63,981 nt of DNA, filler included, from Halocafeteria seosinensis (GCA_001687465.1; 6 parts of 6 records of this genome joined end to end with filler, not necessarily neighbours in it); one strand, 5' to 3'. Positions 48,670-62,682 are shown, counted from the first letter of the whole stretch. The notes: generated from the sequence alone by a model not told the origin. A program made the numbers and translations.

Positions 48670-51600
48670 AAGAAAGACTTGTTTGGTTGATTGAGTTGGT
48701 TGCGTAACTGAGCCCAGCAGACGCTATGTTTCAGTGTTGCTCTGTACGGGAAGAAGTCTAGTCTTGGCAGCGTACATGCTACGCTGGACTTTGAAGAGTG
48801 AATGTTTTGCCCGATCACGTTGCCATTGGCTATTGCGCGTTTCGGCAGCCTTAATAGCGTTATAGACAAAAGGCAATGGCTGATGCCATCTTGATGGTAA
48901 GAAAGCCGGTGTTTGGTTGATTGAGTTGGTTGCGCAACGGAGCCCAGCAGACGCAGTATACGCAGTATTTCACTGTTGCTCTTCGGGAAGCAGTCTAGTC
49001 TTGTTAAGCTGAACTTGAAGAATGAATGTTTTGCCCGAACACGTTGCCATGGCTACTGTTGACGTTGACTCTGCTGGAGACCCCTTCTTGGGCCATTCGC
49101 ACCCTTACTTTGTTCTGACGCTTCCCTTTTTTTTCCCCGTTTACTGTGGACCTTGTCTTTTTCCCTTCGTCGCTTTTATCCAGTTCTGTGACCTTCTGTC
49201 CCACGTGTCAGTTTTCTGTCGTCCAATTCTGTCCCGTGTATCTTCGCGTTGAGCTTTTGTTCACATGGACACTCTTGTCACGTTCGTGGACATTTCTATC
49301 GCGTGGCCTCCTTTCGTCCAGTTCTTCGCGTGGCTTCCTTTCGGCCAGTTCTTCGCGTTTCGCTGCCTTTCGTCCAGTTCTGTCTCCCGTGTCTTCGCGT
49401 TGAGCTTTTATTCACATGGACACTCTTGTCACGTTAGTGGACATTCTTGTCACGGGGTGGACTCACCCAACAGGACAATCCCTGTTTCGTGTGTCTTTTC
49501 GTTTTGCTGCCTTTCGTTCATTCTGTCCCGCGTCGCTTTCCTTTCGTCTACAGTACAGTGTAGTTCAGTCCCGCGTGTCTTTCCGTTTGACTTGGTCTTT
49601 TCTATCCCACGTGTCTTTACGTTCCGCACTCTTTACGGTTAAAGGACCGTCTCTTCTCTGTTCTGCCGCCTAAATTAACATTCCGTGTTTCCACTTGTCT
49701 AGCATGCTTTCTTCCTTACACTGTGTCTTTTCGTTCGGCTCTCTTCAAGGTATCGGTCTATCTCCGTTCGTCTCTCCATTCTTGTCCCTTGCCTGAGTGG
49801 CTGCTGCCGTCTCCTTAAGACTTGGGATGAGTGGATTGTACTGGTACTTGTTGCTGAACTTCACAGTGCGGCGTACAATTGCATGTTTGCCAGATGTTTC
49901 AACGAGTCTTCGCGTTTAGCTTCCTTTCGTCCAGTTCTGTCCCGCGCGTCTTCGCGTTTAGCTGCCTTTCGTCCAGTTCTGTCCCGTGTGTCTTTTCGCT
50001 TAACTTGCTCTTTTCCATCTTCTCTTTAAGGCGTCTGCCTGTCTCTGTTCGTCTCTTGCCCGAGTCACAGCTGCCGCCTAAATTGGGATAAGTGGATTGT
50101 GTGGGTACTTGTTGCTGAGCTTCTGAACAAAGCTGTCGCCCCACGAAATTGTTCTTTAGAAGAACCCATCTTAAATGATGAGGAAGACATTGTGTATCCG
50201 TTTCTGAATCAACTCTGGCCGACTGTACAGCACGTGACTGCAACAAGCTGCCTTTCGTCCTGTTCTGTCCCGCATGTGTTCGCGTTTAGCTGCCTTTCGT
50301 CCAGTTCTGTCCCGCGCGTCTTCGCGTTTAGCTTCCTTTCGTCCAGTTCTGTCCCGTGTGTCTTTTCGCTTAACTTGCTCTTTTCCATCTTCTTGTTCAG
50401 TGCTCTTTAAGGCGTCTGCCTGTCTCTGTTCGTCTCTTGCCCGAGTCGCAGCTGCCGCCTCGTTAAAAAATTGGGATAAGTGGATTGTTTGGGTACTTGT
50501 TACGGAGCTTCTGAACAAAGCTGTCGCCCCACGAAATTGTTCTTTAGAAGAGCCCATCTTAAATGATGAGGAAGACATTGTGCTTTGTATCCGTTTCTGA
50601 ATCAACTCTGGCCGACTGTACAGTGCTTTGTATCCGTTTCTGAATCAACTCTGGCCGACTGTACAGTACGTGACTGCTGCTTCACATTCACAGTGCGCCT
50701 TCCAAGTTGAAGCCGAATTAAAATTAACACGGAGAGAATGCACACCTACCTGAAAGATGCCCACCTGCTTTTTTGCTGTGGGTGTGGGAGTAGGAGTGGG
50801 TGTGGGAGTGGGAGTGGGAGTGGGAGTGGGAGTGGGACACTTTTTTACGTTGTGAAGTTGGGGGATTTGGAGTGGTCTGGAGCTTCTCTTGTCTTCTACA
50901 CGCAGTGCCTGCATTCTTAGAGCACCCAGAATGATGTAGAATTGCACGTTCTATCTGGACACATGTATTATATTGTTGCTTATACGGCGTATTGAGGTAA
51001 ACGAGAAGGCAAAGAAATGTTTGTCGTGTTGGAGAGCTAGACTGCCACTTTCCAAGTTGACAGGACCCTCTGGGCTTAAAAGCCCATCCGGAATTAAGGC
51101 GCGAGAACGCGGTTCTCGTTGACCGGATGGGCTGTTGGTTCGGTTTCATCAAGTGTTTTGCGAGATAGTAGGGTTGCAGTGAGTTCGTGATTCGCGCTGG
51201 GGCCTGCGTGAAAGGCATAGAGAATTGACTTCGCGTGTTGGTTGTTTGTGCAGTTACGCATGTGGAGCAACTGAGGACGGTAGACGCTGTGTTTCAGTGT
51301 AGCTCTTACGGGAAGAAGTTTCGTCTTGGTAGCGTTATAGAGTTAAGCAATGGTGGATGGTAAGAAAGACTTGTTTGGTTGATTGAGTTGGTCGCCTAAC
51401 TGAGCCCAGGAGACGCTACTAGTATGTTCAGTTTCAGTGTTGTTCTGTAGGGGAAGAAGTCTAGTCTTGGCAGCGTACATCCCACCCTGGACTTTGAAGA
51501 GTGAATTTTTTGCCCGATCAGGTTGCCATTGGCTATTGCGCGTTTCGGCAGCCTTGGTAGCGTTATAGACAAAAAGCAATGGCTGATGCCATCTTGATGG

Positions 51601-52170
51601 TAAGAAAGCCTGATTGAGTTGGTTGCACAACTGAGCCCAGTAGACGCAGTATTTCACTGTTGCTCTTCGGGAAGAGTGAATGTTTTGCCCGAACACGTTG
51701 CCATGGCTACTGTTGACGTTGACTCTGCTGGAGACCCCTTCTTGGGCCATTAGCACCCTTACTTTGTTCCGACGCTTCTCCCGTAGATGTTCTCCGGCCT
51801 TTACTGTGGACCTTGTCTTTTTCCCTTTTTCCCTTTGTCGCTTTTATCCAGTTCTGTGAACTTCTGTCCCACGTGTCTTCGCGTTTAGTTTCCTGTCGTC
51901 CAATTCTGTCTCGTGTATCTTCGCGTTGAGCTTTTGTTCACATGGACAGTCTTGTCACGTTCGTGGACATTTTTGTCGCGTGGCCTCCTTTCGTCCAGTT
52001 CTTCGCGTGGCTTCCTTTCGTCCAGTTCTTTACGCAGCAGGTGTGTGTTATATATACTTGTTGCAGTCACGTAGTGTACAGTTCTTCGCGTTTAGCTGCC
52101 TTTCGTCCAGTCCTGTCCCCCGTGTCTTCGCGTTGAGCTTTTGTTCACATGGACACTCTTGTCACGTTAG
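48670..52170. repeat. Complex satellite/segmental repeat region: 42-bp units, a duplicated block (~48670-49435 vs ~51360-52170) and (GGGAGT)n at ~50780-50836
   Basis: CTTCGCGTTTAGCTGCCTTTCGTCCAGTTCTGTCCCG recurs many times; ~49900-50240 is duplicated at ~50270-50620. Confidence 0.85.
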
Positions 52171-53704
52171 TGACATCATTGCATGTATCGTTATCGTCAT
52201 CATCGTCATTTTCATCACCGTTATCATTATCATAATTATTGTCGTCATTATCATTATCATCAGCATCATCATTATCATTATTGTTGTTGTCATTATTGCC
52301 ATCATTATTCTGGTTGTCGTCATCTTCATTACAAGTTCCAGTGCCTTCGTCAGAATCTTCATGGTCATAATTATCATTGCATGTGTTACTATCGTCATCA
52401 ACCTCAATTTCATCACCGTTATTATTGTCATTGTCGTCGTCATCTTCATCATTATCATCAGCATCATTTTCATTATCATCATCATCATTATCATTGCGAT
52501 CAGCATCATCATCATCTATACCGTTATCATCATTGTATTCATTCTCATCTTCATCACAAGTTCCAGTGCCTTCGTCAGAATCTTTATGATCCTGCTCACT
52601 ACGCCCTGTTTCGTCAGCTTCGCTTTCATTTTCGTCTGCATCAAACCCAATAGGCACCGCTGCCTTCCCGCTCTCATTGTCACTGTCGGAATCTACAGGT
52701 CGTTCCTCCGCCCCAATTCCGCGAGGAGAGAGCAACAGGCCATTGAAGATGCTCCATTGGGACGAGACGTGTCCAACGTCGTACTGCGCCTTCAGTTCAT
52801 CCGGCAGTGGAGGTTGAACAGAGCTTGCCTTTAAAAGCAGGATCATCCTCTGGCAAATCGGGTGCGTGACTCCGTCTTCGATCCAGAGCTTGTTGGTCGC
52901 ACTGCGGGGGTGAAGTTCGTCACAGACGAGGCAGGCGACGTCTCGAAGAGCTTCACGGCCGGTCTCTTTGCGTCCTTCTTTGATCAAGACATCGCTTCGA
53001 GCTCTGCTTACAGCTTCAAACTGATCCGTCAGGTGGCGATGAAGCATTTCATCCGGCTCCATAAGTCCTCGCATCTTCTTGGATGGTCTCATGTCTTGGT
53101 GGTCATCGGATGCGATCTGCTTGCGTCCGCTACGATGGTCTTCATATCGGTTTGGTCTGCTCCGCATCCGTTGCTGCAACCAGTATTGTATGCTCTCAGC
53201 TACAATGCTCTGATAGTGCACGTCGTAACCGCCGCGTTGGGGGCTGTCCAGGCCCTTTCCTTTCTGTTCCGTTTTCAAATCAGTGATTTGTTGCGAGCAA
53301 AATGCTGTTCTCTCCTCAGATGGACAGTCGGCATATTGGTGTCTCAGGAGTTCTTGCGCCTCCTTGTGCAGCTGGCATTTGCATAGACTTCTTCGTTGTA
53401 GTCCACGTGCGAAGAAATCCATTTGCAATGGTTTGATGAAGGGGTACTTCCGTGCAGTCTGGCTCCTGTTCTGCAAGAGAGTCCACAAGTACAGCTCAAT
53501 GCATTTGAGTTTTTCACTTATCATCTCACAACCTTCTTCATTCACCAATTGCAGGTCGTGGAGATTGTTCTCGAGCTGAATCCGTGACTGTTCTAACCTC
53601 TTCGTGATGGCCTCCCTTCCCACAGTGTCATGACTAGGAAGTGTTCGTTTCTCCCGAGAAAGCTTGAGCCTCAGTTTCTCAAACGCGGAATTCGCCGCTT
53701 CCAT
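52145..53704 (-). pseudogene. Helitron-associated protein fragment ending in an Asp/Asn trinucleotide-repeat tract
   Basis: ACLVCDE...PPLPDELKAQYDV...NGLLLSPRGI recalls the Cys-containing region N-terminal to Helitron Rep-Hel proteins. No Rep or helicase motifs were seen. Confidence 0.45.
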
Positions 53705-54455
53705 GTTGAAGTAGAGTGCGAGTTGATTTGTTTGCGTGACTTGAGTCTCTTACAAAATGTTTCGTCGACGCCAACACTGGTATCGTTGTTGTGATTTACG
53801 CTTCTGTTTTACGTTGACGTCGGTCCTTCACAGTATGGAACATGCTACCGGTATTGTCCAGCTTAAATTGAATTCACCAACTTGAGACCCATCCAGTTAT
53901 CTATACACAGTGTCGGAGCTAGGTCGTGTGCTGTGCTGGTTTGAGACTACCCGGTACTGCCCGGAAGGTAACCAACACTGGTTTACGTCGCTGTTGTGAT
54001 TTGCGCTTCGTCAAGGTCCCAAACCTTGCGATAAATGATAACCGATACATGTGTGGTATTGTGATTCGTTGCGAGGTTTTGGCGCCACACACACACATAC
54101 CACCGGCCGGGGGCGTTTTGGCGCCAAGTGGTGTGGTGTCACTAAGCTCAGTTGAGGATTTTTGGATGAGATGCACAACGATGATAATACATAAGCCTTA
54201 GGAGACAGTTCGAAAAGTGTTTTGTTTTGATTGTTCTACATTCCTAGATCGCCGCGGCACAGTTCGGATTGAGAGGTGTCGAAGCCTCTGTATCTGCGAG
54301 AAATTCCGCCGCGGTACAGTTCGGATCCGAGGCCTCCATATCTGCGAGAAATTCCATGGCTTGGGTCATATCAATGAAATGTGCCCAAATCTGCAATGGC
54401 ATCAGGACATTTAAGATAATCTTCACGTATCAGTGGTGCTAGTGTGTGCTTACGT

Positions 54456-54795
54456 CCTCAACTGGCATTGTTTTTCTTGCTTCCTCATTTGCCGGGGCCT
54501 CGTTTGCTGGGGCTCTGGAAAGCAGGTACCAGGCTCGAGCGTACAACATCTGGTGCTTACATCATGCAATCTGCTTACTTCTCGGGCTGTTCCTTGGTTT
54601 CCTCCTTTTCGACCTTGACCTTCACAGCTGCCTCGACTGGCATTGTCTTTCTTGCTTCCTCATCTGCTGGGGCCCTGGAAGGCAGGTACCAGGTTCGAGC
54701 GTATAGCGTCTGGTCGGTGCTTACATCATACAGCCTGCTTACTTCTTGGGCTGTTTTTTGGTTTCCTCCTTTTCGACCTTGACCTTCACAGCTGC
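54456..54795. repeat. Two-copy tandem repeat (~170 bp unit)
   Basis: CCTC.ACTGGCATTGT...CCTTGACCTTCACAGCTGC occurs twice. Confidence 0.85.
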
Positions 54796-55679
54796 AGTTC
54801 GTTTGCGCGCCACTTTGCGTCCCAGCTTCGTTTTCACTACGGGGGTTTTCTTTCGTGGGGTTTTTCCGGTCACTTCTCCAGTTTCCTTATCAGGAGTTCG
54901 CTTGGCATTTTCCATGGTTCAAGTTTCAAGGGCAAGTTTCAAATTTAGATTTTAGATTAGAAAAGAGCAATCGCAGTAAAGTGGTCCGTGTGTCGACAAG
55001 GGCTTTGGTTGTAGTTGAAGGTCTTGGATAGCACAATCATTGTTTTGACCTAGACCTCAAAGGATAATCTTTCCTTTCAGTCTCGTTCCTTCGGTCATGT
55101 CTCCTCTATGCTTTCCGCATGGACCGTACACTAGCCGCCAACTACGTTGGTGTACGAGGGAAACCTCCGGTTACACCTTTGGCCGAGAACTGTTATAAGA
55201 TACTGGTGCGAGGAGCAACAGCTGAACTATTGTCTGGTGTATTGTTTTGACTTGGGAGGCATCTGACTTCCTCATTGTTGCCAAACACTTTGGCCTTCGT
55301 TGGCGTCCGAACTGCGTTGCTACGCAACGCACTTCTGCCGCATCCTGCTTTATTGTTAGCTTTTGGTATGAGTAAGAAAAGCTTATGCGTCCTTGTATCA
55401 AAGTTGCATCAGGAATCAGGAATGGCAAACTCAACTGCGTTGACTACCTATCTTGGAACAAGCGCAAGCTGTTAAAAGTTGACTCCATCGGAGTCCTCCG
55501 GTCTTACCCCAAAAGACTCTCACACTTAATGGTCATACCCGCTGCGTCACTACATGTAATGACGACCACTCAACTGCATTGGCCTCTCAACAAGCATGCA
55601 GATCTCCAGACTTCAGTACCCTACCCTCAACTACCCGGACGCAGGGCGTTACGCAATTTCTTTCACAGCGTGTGAACAG

Positions 55680-55680
55680 A

Positions 55681-55734
<54 letters not shown>

Positions 55735-55765
55735 NCACACACACACACACCCTCTCTCTCTCTCC
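55680..55765. repeat. Compound (CT)n(CA)n microsatellite
   Basis: Directly visible. Confidence 0.95.
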
Positions 55766-56058
55766 TTCAAGAATTACTGTTAGAAGTAGACGGCCGGCTC
55801 GCAGAAAACGTGAACAAGAGCAGAAGGGCAACTCTCTCTTCTCCTCTTCTCTTCACAGTCTTTTCATTTCTTCTTCCTCCTCCTTTTTCATCAATAATCA
55901 ATCGCAGTTTCTCTACCTCTCTTGTCTTTCTCTTTCCTGCTTTCCTATCTACCCTCTCGCTCTCTCCATCAGGTGAGTCGTAATACGCTGTTTCGGTCAT
56001 GCCTCATCTACATATCTCCGCGCGTAAAATCTTTGTTTTAGGTGAAAAAAGGGGTGGC

Positions 56059-56312
56059 GCACCCCACCCCGTTTTGCATAGCTCGGTAAACCTTCGGTTT
56101 CCCTCGAAATATATATTTCATATATATGGTGGGTAGAGGGGGGGGAGGTGTGGGCCCTTCGGTCATACCTCATCTTGAAAGTCCGAGAACGTGTTACGCA
56201 GTTTTTCGGTCATGTCTCATCTTGAAAAGCACACAATCTTTTTTTTAGGTACGAAAACCGCGCACCCCACCTCGGTTTGCATAGCTCGGTAAACCTTCGG
56301 TTTCCCTCGAAA
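56059..56312. repeat. Duplicated hairpin motif GCACCCCACC...TTGCATAGCTCGGTAAACCTTCGGTTTCCCTCGAAAT; possible rolling-circle element terminus
   Basis: Copies at ~56059-56110 and ~56262-56313, with an AAACC-TTC-GGTTT stem-loop. Confidence 0.5.
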
Positions 56313-56758
56313 TTCNNNNNNNNNNNNNNNNNNNNNNNNNNNNNNNNNNNNNNNNNNNNTTAATTAATTAANNNNNNNNNNNNNNNNNNNNNNNNNNNNN
56401 NNNNNNNNNNNNNNNTTGTTAGTTTCCTCTTGCACGTATAAGTCAATTCGTGTAGCTTGCTCTTCGGCTGATCTCGAATCCGGATTCCACCCGAGACGTG
56501 CCGTCCGTCTCAGTTCTTCGTCCCTCTTCTCTCCTGGCTCTCGTTCCCCCTTCCCCATTGGTGTCTTCCCAACGTTCCATTCCGTCTCGTCCTTACGTGG
56601 TTACCGTGCATACACTGCATACACATGTACATATGTAGTACTATGTACACACTGTACATCATAGATTCAGTATGTAGATTGAAGCAAGACGTAGTGCAAT
56701 TTTGCGACACTCTTAGCCTTTATCATTAGCCAAAGCCTTTGCCCGGGGCAGTGTGAAG

Positions 56759-56793
56759 ACACACACACAAATGTGACAGATAGCCCACCGGCG
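56759..56793 (-). mobile_element. Minimal family B copy, 9-bp TSD AGTGTGAAG
   Basis: AGTGTGAAG at 56750-56758 and 56794-56802. Confidence 0.75.
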
Positions 56794-57670
56794 AGTGTGA
56801 AGTCTTTTGGGTGTGCTTGGACTTTCCAGGTACGGAGTGTAGAGCTGGCATCTTTCGTAGCTCGCGGCTTTGCCTTGAGGAAGTTGTGACGGAATCCGGG
56901 CCGGTAGCAGCAGCGGTTAGAGTTAGGGCTAAGTTAGAGTTAAGCATTGGCCAAGACGAAGCAGTTGTAGCCATCAACATATCCCAGAAGCACAAACTAC
57001 TTAGGGTCAACTACATGTAGTTCTCACGTCTTACTAACGATGTTACAAGAGTCGCATTCCATTTTGTTCCAAATCCTATTCTATTCTCGCTCTATTTCGT
57101 CAGATTTCCCAGTTTGGTTGGTTCGTGAGTCATCGTCACGGACTGGCGAGGTTGAAGCTGCCCCAGCACCAGCGACCGCAGCTGGGTCGATTGGTCCGAT
57201 CCGTTGTGACAGCCAGGATTGATACAACTCCCCAAGAAAAACAGATGCAACGTAAGTGATCTTATCCATTGTCTTGTGAGCAAGAGGGGAAGGAATCCTC
57301 TCCACTAGGGAGGAAGAGAGGAAGATGCTGCATCCAGGTTTCTCTGGGACTTCGCCGTCCACGGTGCTCTGCTGTATTTCGACGATTTAAGCTCTCCGCG
57401 GCGCGTATTTTGCACCACAGTGCTAAGTATCTATGTGCAATGGTGCGTATTGTGCAGACCGCGGATGCTGACGTGTAGGGAAAAGCTCCTGTTCGACATG
57501 CGTTGTTGAACTAGCCGCCCTCAAAACCGCGTTTTTTTGCTGGAGCAAGGGACAAAGGCGACTTTTATGCCCCCATTCAGAAGCTACAGTGGGATATACC
57601 CCCTCCAAGAACGTCAAGCGAGCACACTGCGGTGGACGGGAACTGAATAGGAGGGACCTGGGTGTGTACA

Positions 57671-60600
57671 ATGGACAACGAAGACAACGAGGGCAGCAGC
57701 TCCGAGGCCACTGTGGTAAGTACGAGAGACACAGTATAGAATACGCGGGCCCGGGAAACTGTGCTTGTTTAGTTGAACAACCGCGAGAAACAACTAATTA
57801 ACGTTTGCTGTTTCTCAGGGCATCGCCATTGCCATTGTGGGAAGCATCTTCGGCAACTTCGGGGTCAACTTCCAAAAGTACAGCTTTATGAACGAGGCTG
57901 AAAAGGTGCGTTTAACTTGAGTGTTTTCGAACGCGATATCCGCGAAATTCTGTAATCTTGATGCACGCAGCCGTCGAATCAAAGGAGGGCCTACGCGAAA
58001 CAACCAAGATGGTGGTTCGGCATGTTTATGGTTATCCTTGGAGCCCTGGCGAATTTTGCTTCGTTTGGTAAGCAATTGCGTTTGTGAATAATAAAAATGA
58101 TCGGTTACGTTTAATTGTTGTTTAATTGCCAATTACGTATGTATATGCAGCTTTAGGTAAGGGTTTTGCTTTGTGTTTCTTCTTCCCAATAAGGCTTTAA
58201 CATTGATTGAGCATCCTTCTTCCTGCAGCTCCCCAGTCGGTGATAGCTCCGATTGGAGCCTTGGTATTAGGTATGTTGCTTTGGATGCTTTATGGTGTGG
58301 CATATCTTTCTATTTGACTATTTACTGGGATTGATGGCAGTGTGGAATCTAATGTTTGCTCATTTCTGGTTGGGAGAGACACTGCGGTGCAGAGATATTT
58401 CTGTAAGTAGGATTGATGGATATAATTGGACTGTGTATTCAAACTAGTTTGAAGACTCCTCATTTTATACCAGGGTACTGCGCTTATAGTTGGGTCGGTC
58501 GTCCTCATTGTTGCTTTCGGATCTCGGCAGTCTAAAGACTTAACATTGGGAGAAGTTCGTGCCCGCTACGCTGCTCCTGAAGTGTGGGCTTATTTTGCTG
58601 GTGCTGGAGCCATATCGTTCATCTATTACTCACTGCAATTCAAAGCATCGAATATACTAGTCTATGAAGCGAAAAAGCGAATGTGCGTCTCAAGAAAGAA
58701 ACAAGCGAAAAAGGCAAAGAAGAAAGGCATGGCTCAACGTGGCTCTTTCGGTGCAAAATCACTCACATACGCGGAATGGGAGCATATGGATCATCCGTAC
58801 AGTCACCCAACAGGTGAGGGACTCAATGGAATCGACAATGGCAATAGCTACGCAGATACGCCACTTACCTCTATGAGCAATGGAGACCGCTGCGGGTCGG
58901 ATTTAGAGCTTCAACCAGTGACCAATGGCTATAAGTCCAAGAATGACGCTGTCTTGGAAGGACAGGAAAGTGAATCTGAAAATTCTCAGGGTAGTGGTCC
59001 GCATCTTCTAAAAGGCAAGATCCAGGTGCACGTGGCCAGAGACGGTGTTCCCGATTTTTCGGCACTAAACGATATGGGCCATCGTCGGGCGTTTGCTGTG
59101 TATAACAATGTCCGCAAGTACCTATGCTGCTGTTTGAGGAATGTTCCTTCTTTTTCGAGAATGGCATATGATGTCCAATCGTTTGTTGGCCTGTTCCGAA
59201 CGGAGGCGTCCGACGAAGAAGAGATCACGTTGACGGACGAACGAGTTACTTCGCTGATCCATTCTCCCCCGGAAAAATATCGTTCTTACTCGAAACTTCA
59301 TCCGCTATCGCTAGCTGGTCTTGCTGGAGTGATTGGCGCGCAGAACACTCTGTTCGCCAAAACAGTCGGGGAAATGTTGAAGAGCTCTATTGACGGAGAC
59401 AACCAAATGGGACAACCAGTGCTGTATGCCTTTGTTGCATCTTTGTTCACGTCGATAATTGTCCAGCAGCATTTTTTGGCGAAATGTACGTTCTAGACTG
59501 TATCGCGGTCTTGCTACTGTTTAACAGTTCACCTAGGTATTCTTTTTGCCAACTGCAGCTCTGGAGATTTTCGATGCTCTTTACGTTGTACCTGTATTTC
59601 AGGCGCACTTTATTCTTACGGGAATTATTGTACGTATAGTGACTGGTGCGGAACTCGCAACCTCTTAGTTCTAAAGCAAATGCTCTTCTTTGTTCAGTCT
59701 GGTGGAATCAATTTTCAAGAGTTTTCGGATTTTGGATTCATCAACTTTGTTATGTTCCCTATAGGCGTCATTGTAAGTGCTTCAGTACACTGAAGGGGTA
59801 GCATCTTGTCCCGATACTCTCGGTTCCGCGTTTACAGATATTGATCGGTGGTATCGTCTTTTTAAGCCAACGACGAATGCGGGAAGCCACTTCGCGGAAA
59901 GCTGATGTAGACCGGGAATATAAGTTTTGCCATCATGTCTTCCATACTGATTACCAAGGGAGCTTGAACGTCCTACCGATGGTTGCTCCTATTGATAGCC
60001 GTCCATCGGCTAGCAGTAGATTCGTGTTTTCTACAGGTTCATCGTCCTACGAGGCCGGTGCAATTGTTAGGAGCGCCAGCAATCGACATCTGAGTGTCCC
60101 TGACACATCCGAGTCACCTAGTGAATTGCGTACCTGCAAGCGGCGGTACTCAGACTCCTTTATTTATCGGGAAGGGAAAAAGACTGATATGCCGCATCCG
60201 GAATTTTTGGATTCATTGATTGAGCAGTATTATCGGAAACGCCGAGAGCGTCTCGCCCGCGAAGCACGAGCAGGGGGCGCTGTGCTATCCGAGAGGCCTG
60301 GAATACCAGCATTACACGAAAATGTTGAAGCCATGAGAAATTTCCACCGCAACTTTCGCCACTCTGGTCAAACGGCGGCTTTTCGTTCTCGAAATAATAC
60401 TTCGGTTGTGTCCGGTCGAGATCTGGGACTGTCATCAGCCCAACGACCCCCTGAGAGATCGGAACGAAGAGCAAGGGCATCGACGGGGCAGGCTCGACGG
60501 AGCTGGTTGTGGCCTTACAACAAGCATCTACCTACCACTCTTTTGCTGGGCATCCATTCAAACGATTGGGATGAAATGAACAGAAATGAGACTCAGGCTT

Positions 60601-60866
60601 CTCAAGAAGAGACGGACGCTTCAGCGATTCGCATTTCCATTGAGCCCGTCAACATTCCTGAGGAGGACCAGGATGATGCTGAGGGCAGTTTCTGGGAGTC
60701 GTTAGGTGCTGGTTTAAGCTTCTTGAACACGTCCGATTATGCTGCTGCTGGAACACGTGCGAGTGGACTAACAGGTTTATCACAATACCGTCGTATGCGG
60801 GAGGAACAGATTCGCCAAGCTGCTAATCAGGAACGTCAGCGGAGGGCGACCCTATTTCCGGGTTAG
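57671..60866 (+). CDS. NIPA-family (DMT superfamily) magnesium transporter, many short introns, long C-terminal tail
   Basis: Exons encode GIAIAIVGSIFGNFGVNFQK, QPRWWFGM, NFASFALAPQSVIAPIGA, FDALYVVPVFQ and GGINFQEF. Confidence 0.88.
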
Positions 60867-62682
60867 AACCACGACAGCGGTAAAGATTGGCTTTAAATAG
60901 AAGAATTGTTGTACCATAAATATTGAGTAGACGTGCGTCCACTTCATTATTGATATACTATCTACCATCATCATTTGCAGTAATGTCTCAGGTAGCTGAC
61001 CATGAACCCTTTGGGTTGTTAGTTCGAGTGTGTGGTAGTGACCATGGTAGGCTCTAGTAGGTATTCCACGGTGTTGTTAGGAGCCGTGCTGGGCTCGTCC
61101 TCACTGTATATACAAGCCACCGAAGCAGTACCGCTGGTGATGGGACTGCTTCGTCCTCCTTCGCGCGGTGCCGGTGGCGGTTTGAATAGCGGTGGACAGA
61201 TATTAGGTACGTGGTGGCGGCGCTCTGACATTGCATACACTGGCGAGCATTACGTTGACCTCATGCAGTTGCTCTGTCCGGCGTGATCCTGCTGTGCATC
61301 TTGTTGGGGCTGCTGTGGAGACGGTATTACCATCAGAAGCGGTCCGTTCGAGGACGTGTACAACCTTGCGCATTCTTCGTCGATAAGTGCCATTGCGCTT
61401 TGGGCTGCTGCAAGCGAGTGGCCGAGGGAGGACCATTTCGGGAACGAAACCAACAGAGGAGGTATCTCGACACGGGACCTCATGCCCCTGTCATTGGAGG
61501 CGCTGAACCCGTGCAGTCCTCCGAAACTCAGGCTCATTCGGACCTCGGCTACCAATACTCTGCCTCGCAAGCACTGAATGCCCCTCGGGAAGCTTCCAAC
61601 AGCCGTAACTCTGCTGCCCGAGAAGGAGGATTTGGTGGCAATGCTCGACCTGTAGGACTGTTCATGCGAGGGGCCAGATTACATTAAGGACCAGGAGGGG
61701 AGCTCACACTCTTGCTCCAGTGGTAACAATAAGATACTAGTTCATTCACAATGGAACCTGACTTAACAGTCAACGAACCCTTCGATATACTGCATGGAAG
61801 ATTGCTAAAAAAGCCAGAGGCTCCTAAGAATTTGGTGCTAAGGAGTGAGAAAGCAAAACCTCATGGGGACCGCAGACTGTGTTAGCATGTATGAGCGCCT
61901 TATCTGAGGTGCCAAGAGTATTTAGTGAAGATACTGGTTTATATCATTGAAATGGCTTACCTATGAATTTGGGGTACGGCAGGTTCACCATTTCGATAAA
62001 GTCTGCTCTCAGGGCTTCGACTGCTGCTCTTCGCCTACCTACGGGAATCACGGTACGTCAGCGCCGCGAGTGACACGTGGATACGGCGTATTACAGATAT
62101 TGCCTTCGTTGTAGCCATGGCAAGGGTATACTATGCATTCGTCGGGAAGAGTAAATTCTTGGGAGTGCGGGGCAAGTTCGAAACTCTTACGAAGGACATG
62201 CTGGAACGATTAGCAGCGTTCATTCCTCGTACATCCCGGAACACGATGTTTCGACGTTTGTCGAGACTGCAGGCGTTGAATATGGATAACTTTCGACCGC
62301 GGTTGGAGCAAGCAATCTTCTTTTCCACGAGTGATAGTTGGTGGCACACCCTCACATGCTTGAGTTTCTACGTGCTCAGGCCAGTAGCTTGAACTCTTGG
62401 TATTACAAGAACGAGGACGGGGTCAACGACATCACACGCTTATCATGTGGCATCTCGTATCCGGACATTGCCCATGTATGTTGATTACTGCGGATATAGA
62501 GTAAGAACTCAAATGTGGGCGGATTCCTTTCCAGCTCATGGAGCTGACGATGGCCTGATTCGCTCTGTTGGTGCTGCAGTGCCACACTGTCAAGAGGGTC
62601 TGTATTATTTATGGCCTAGCGGCTTACGATTAACTACGCACAACGACTACATCGATTCACAGTGCAGGCAGAACAAGCTACT

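Noticed and set aside
49900..50400. Regularly spaced ~42-bp repeats resembling a CRISPR array
   Set aside because: No unique spacers and no cas genes; this is a eukaryotic minisatellite
51926..52834. 302-aa Ile-rich 'membrane protein' and His-rich or Met-rich ORFs
   Set aside because: Alternative-frame readings of the ATC/ATT trinucleotide tract
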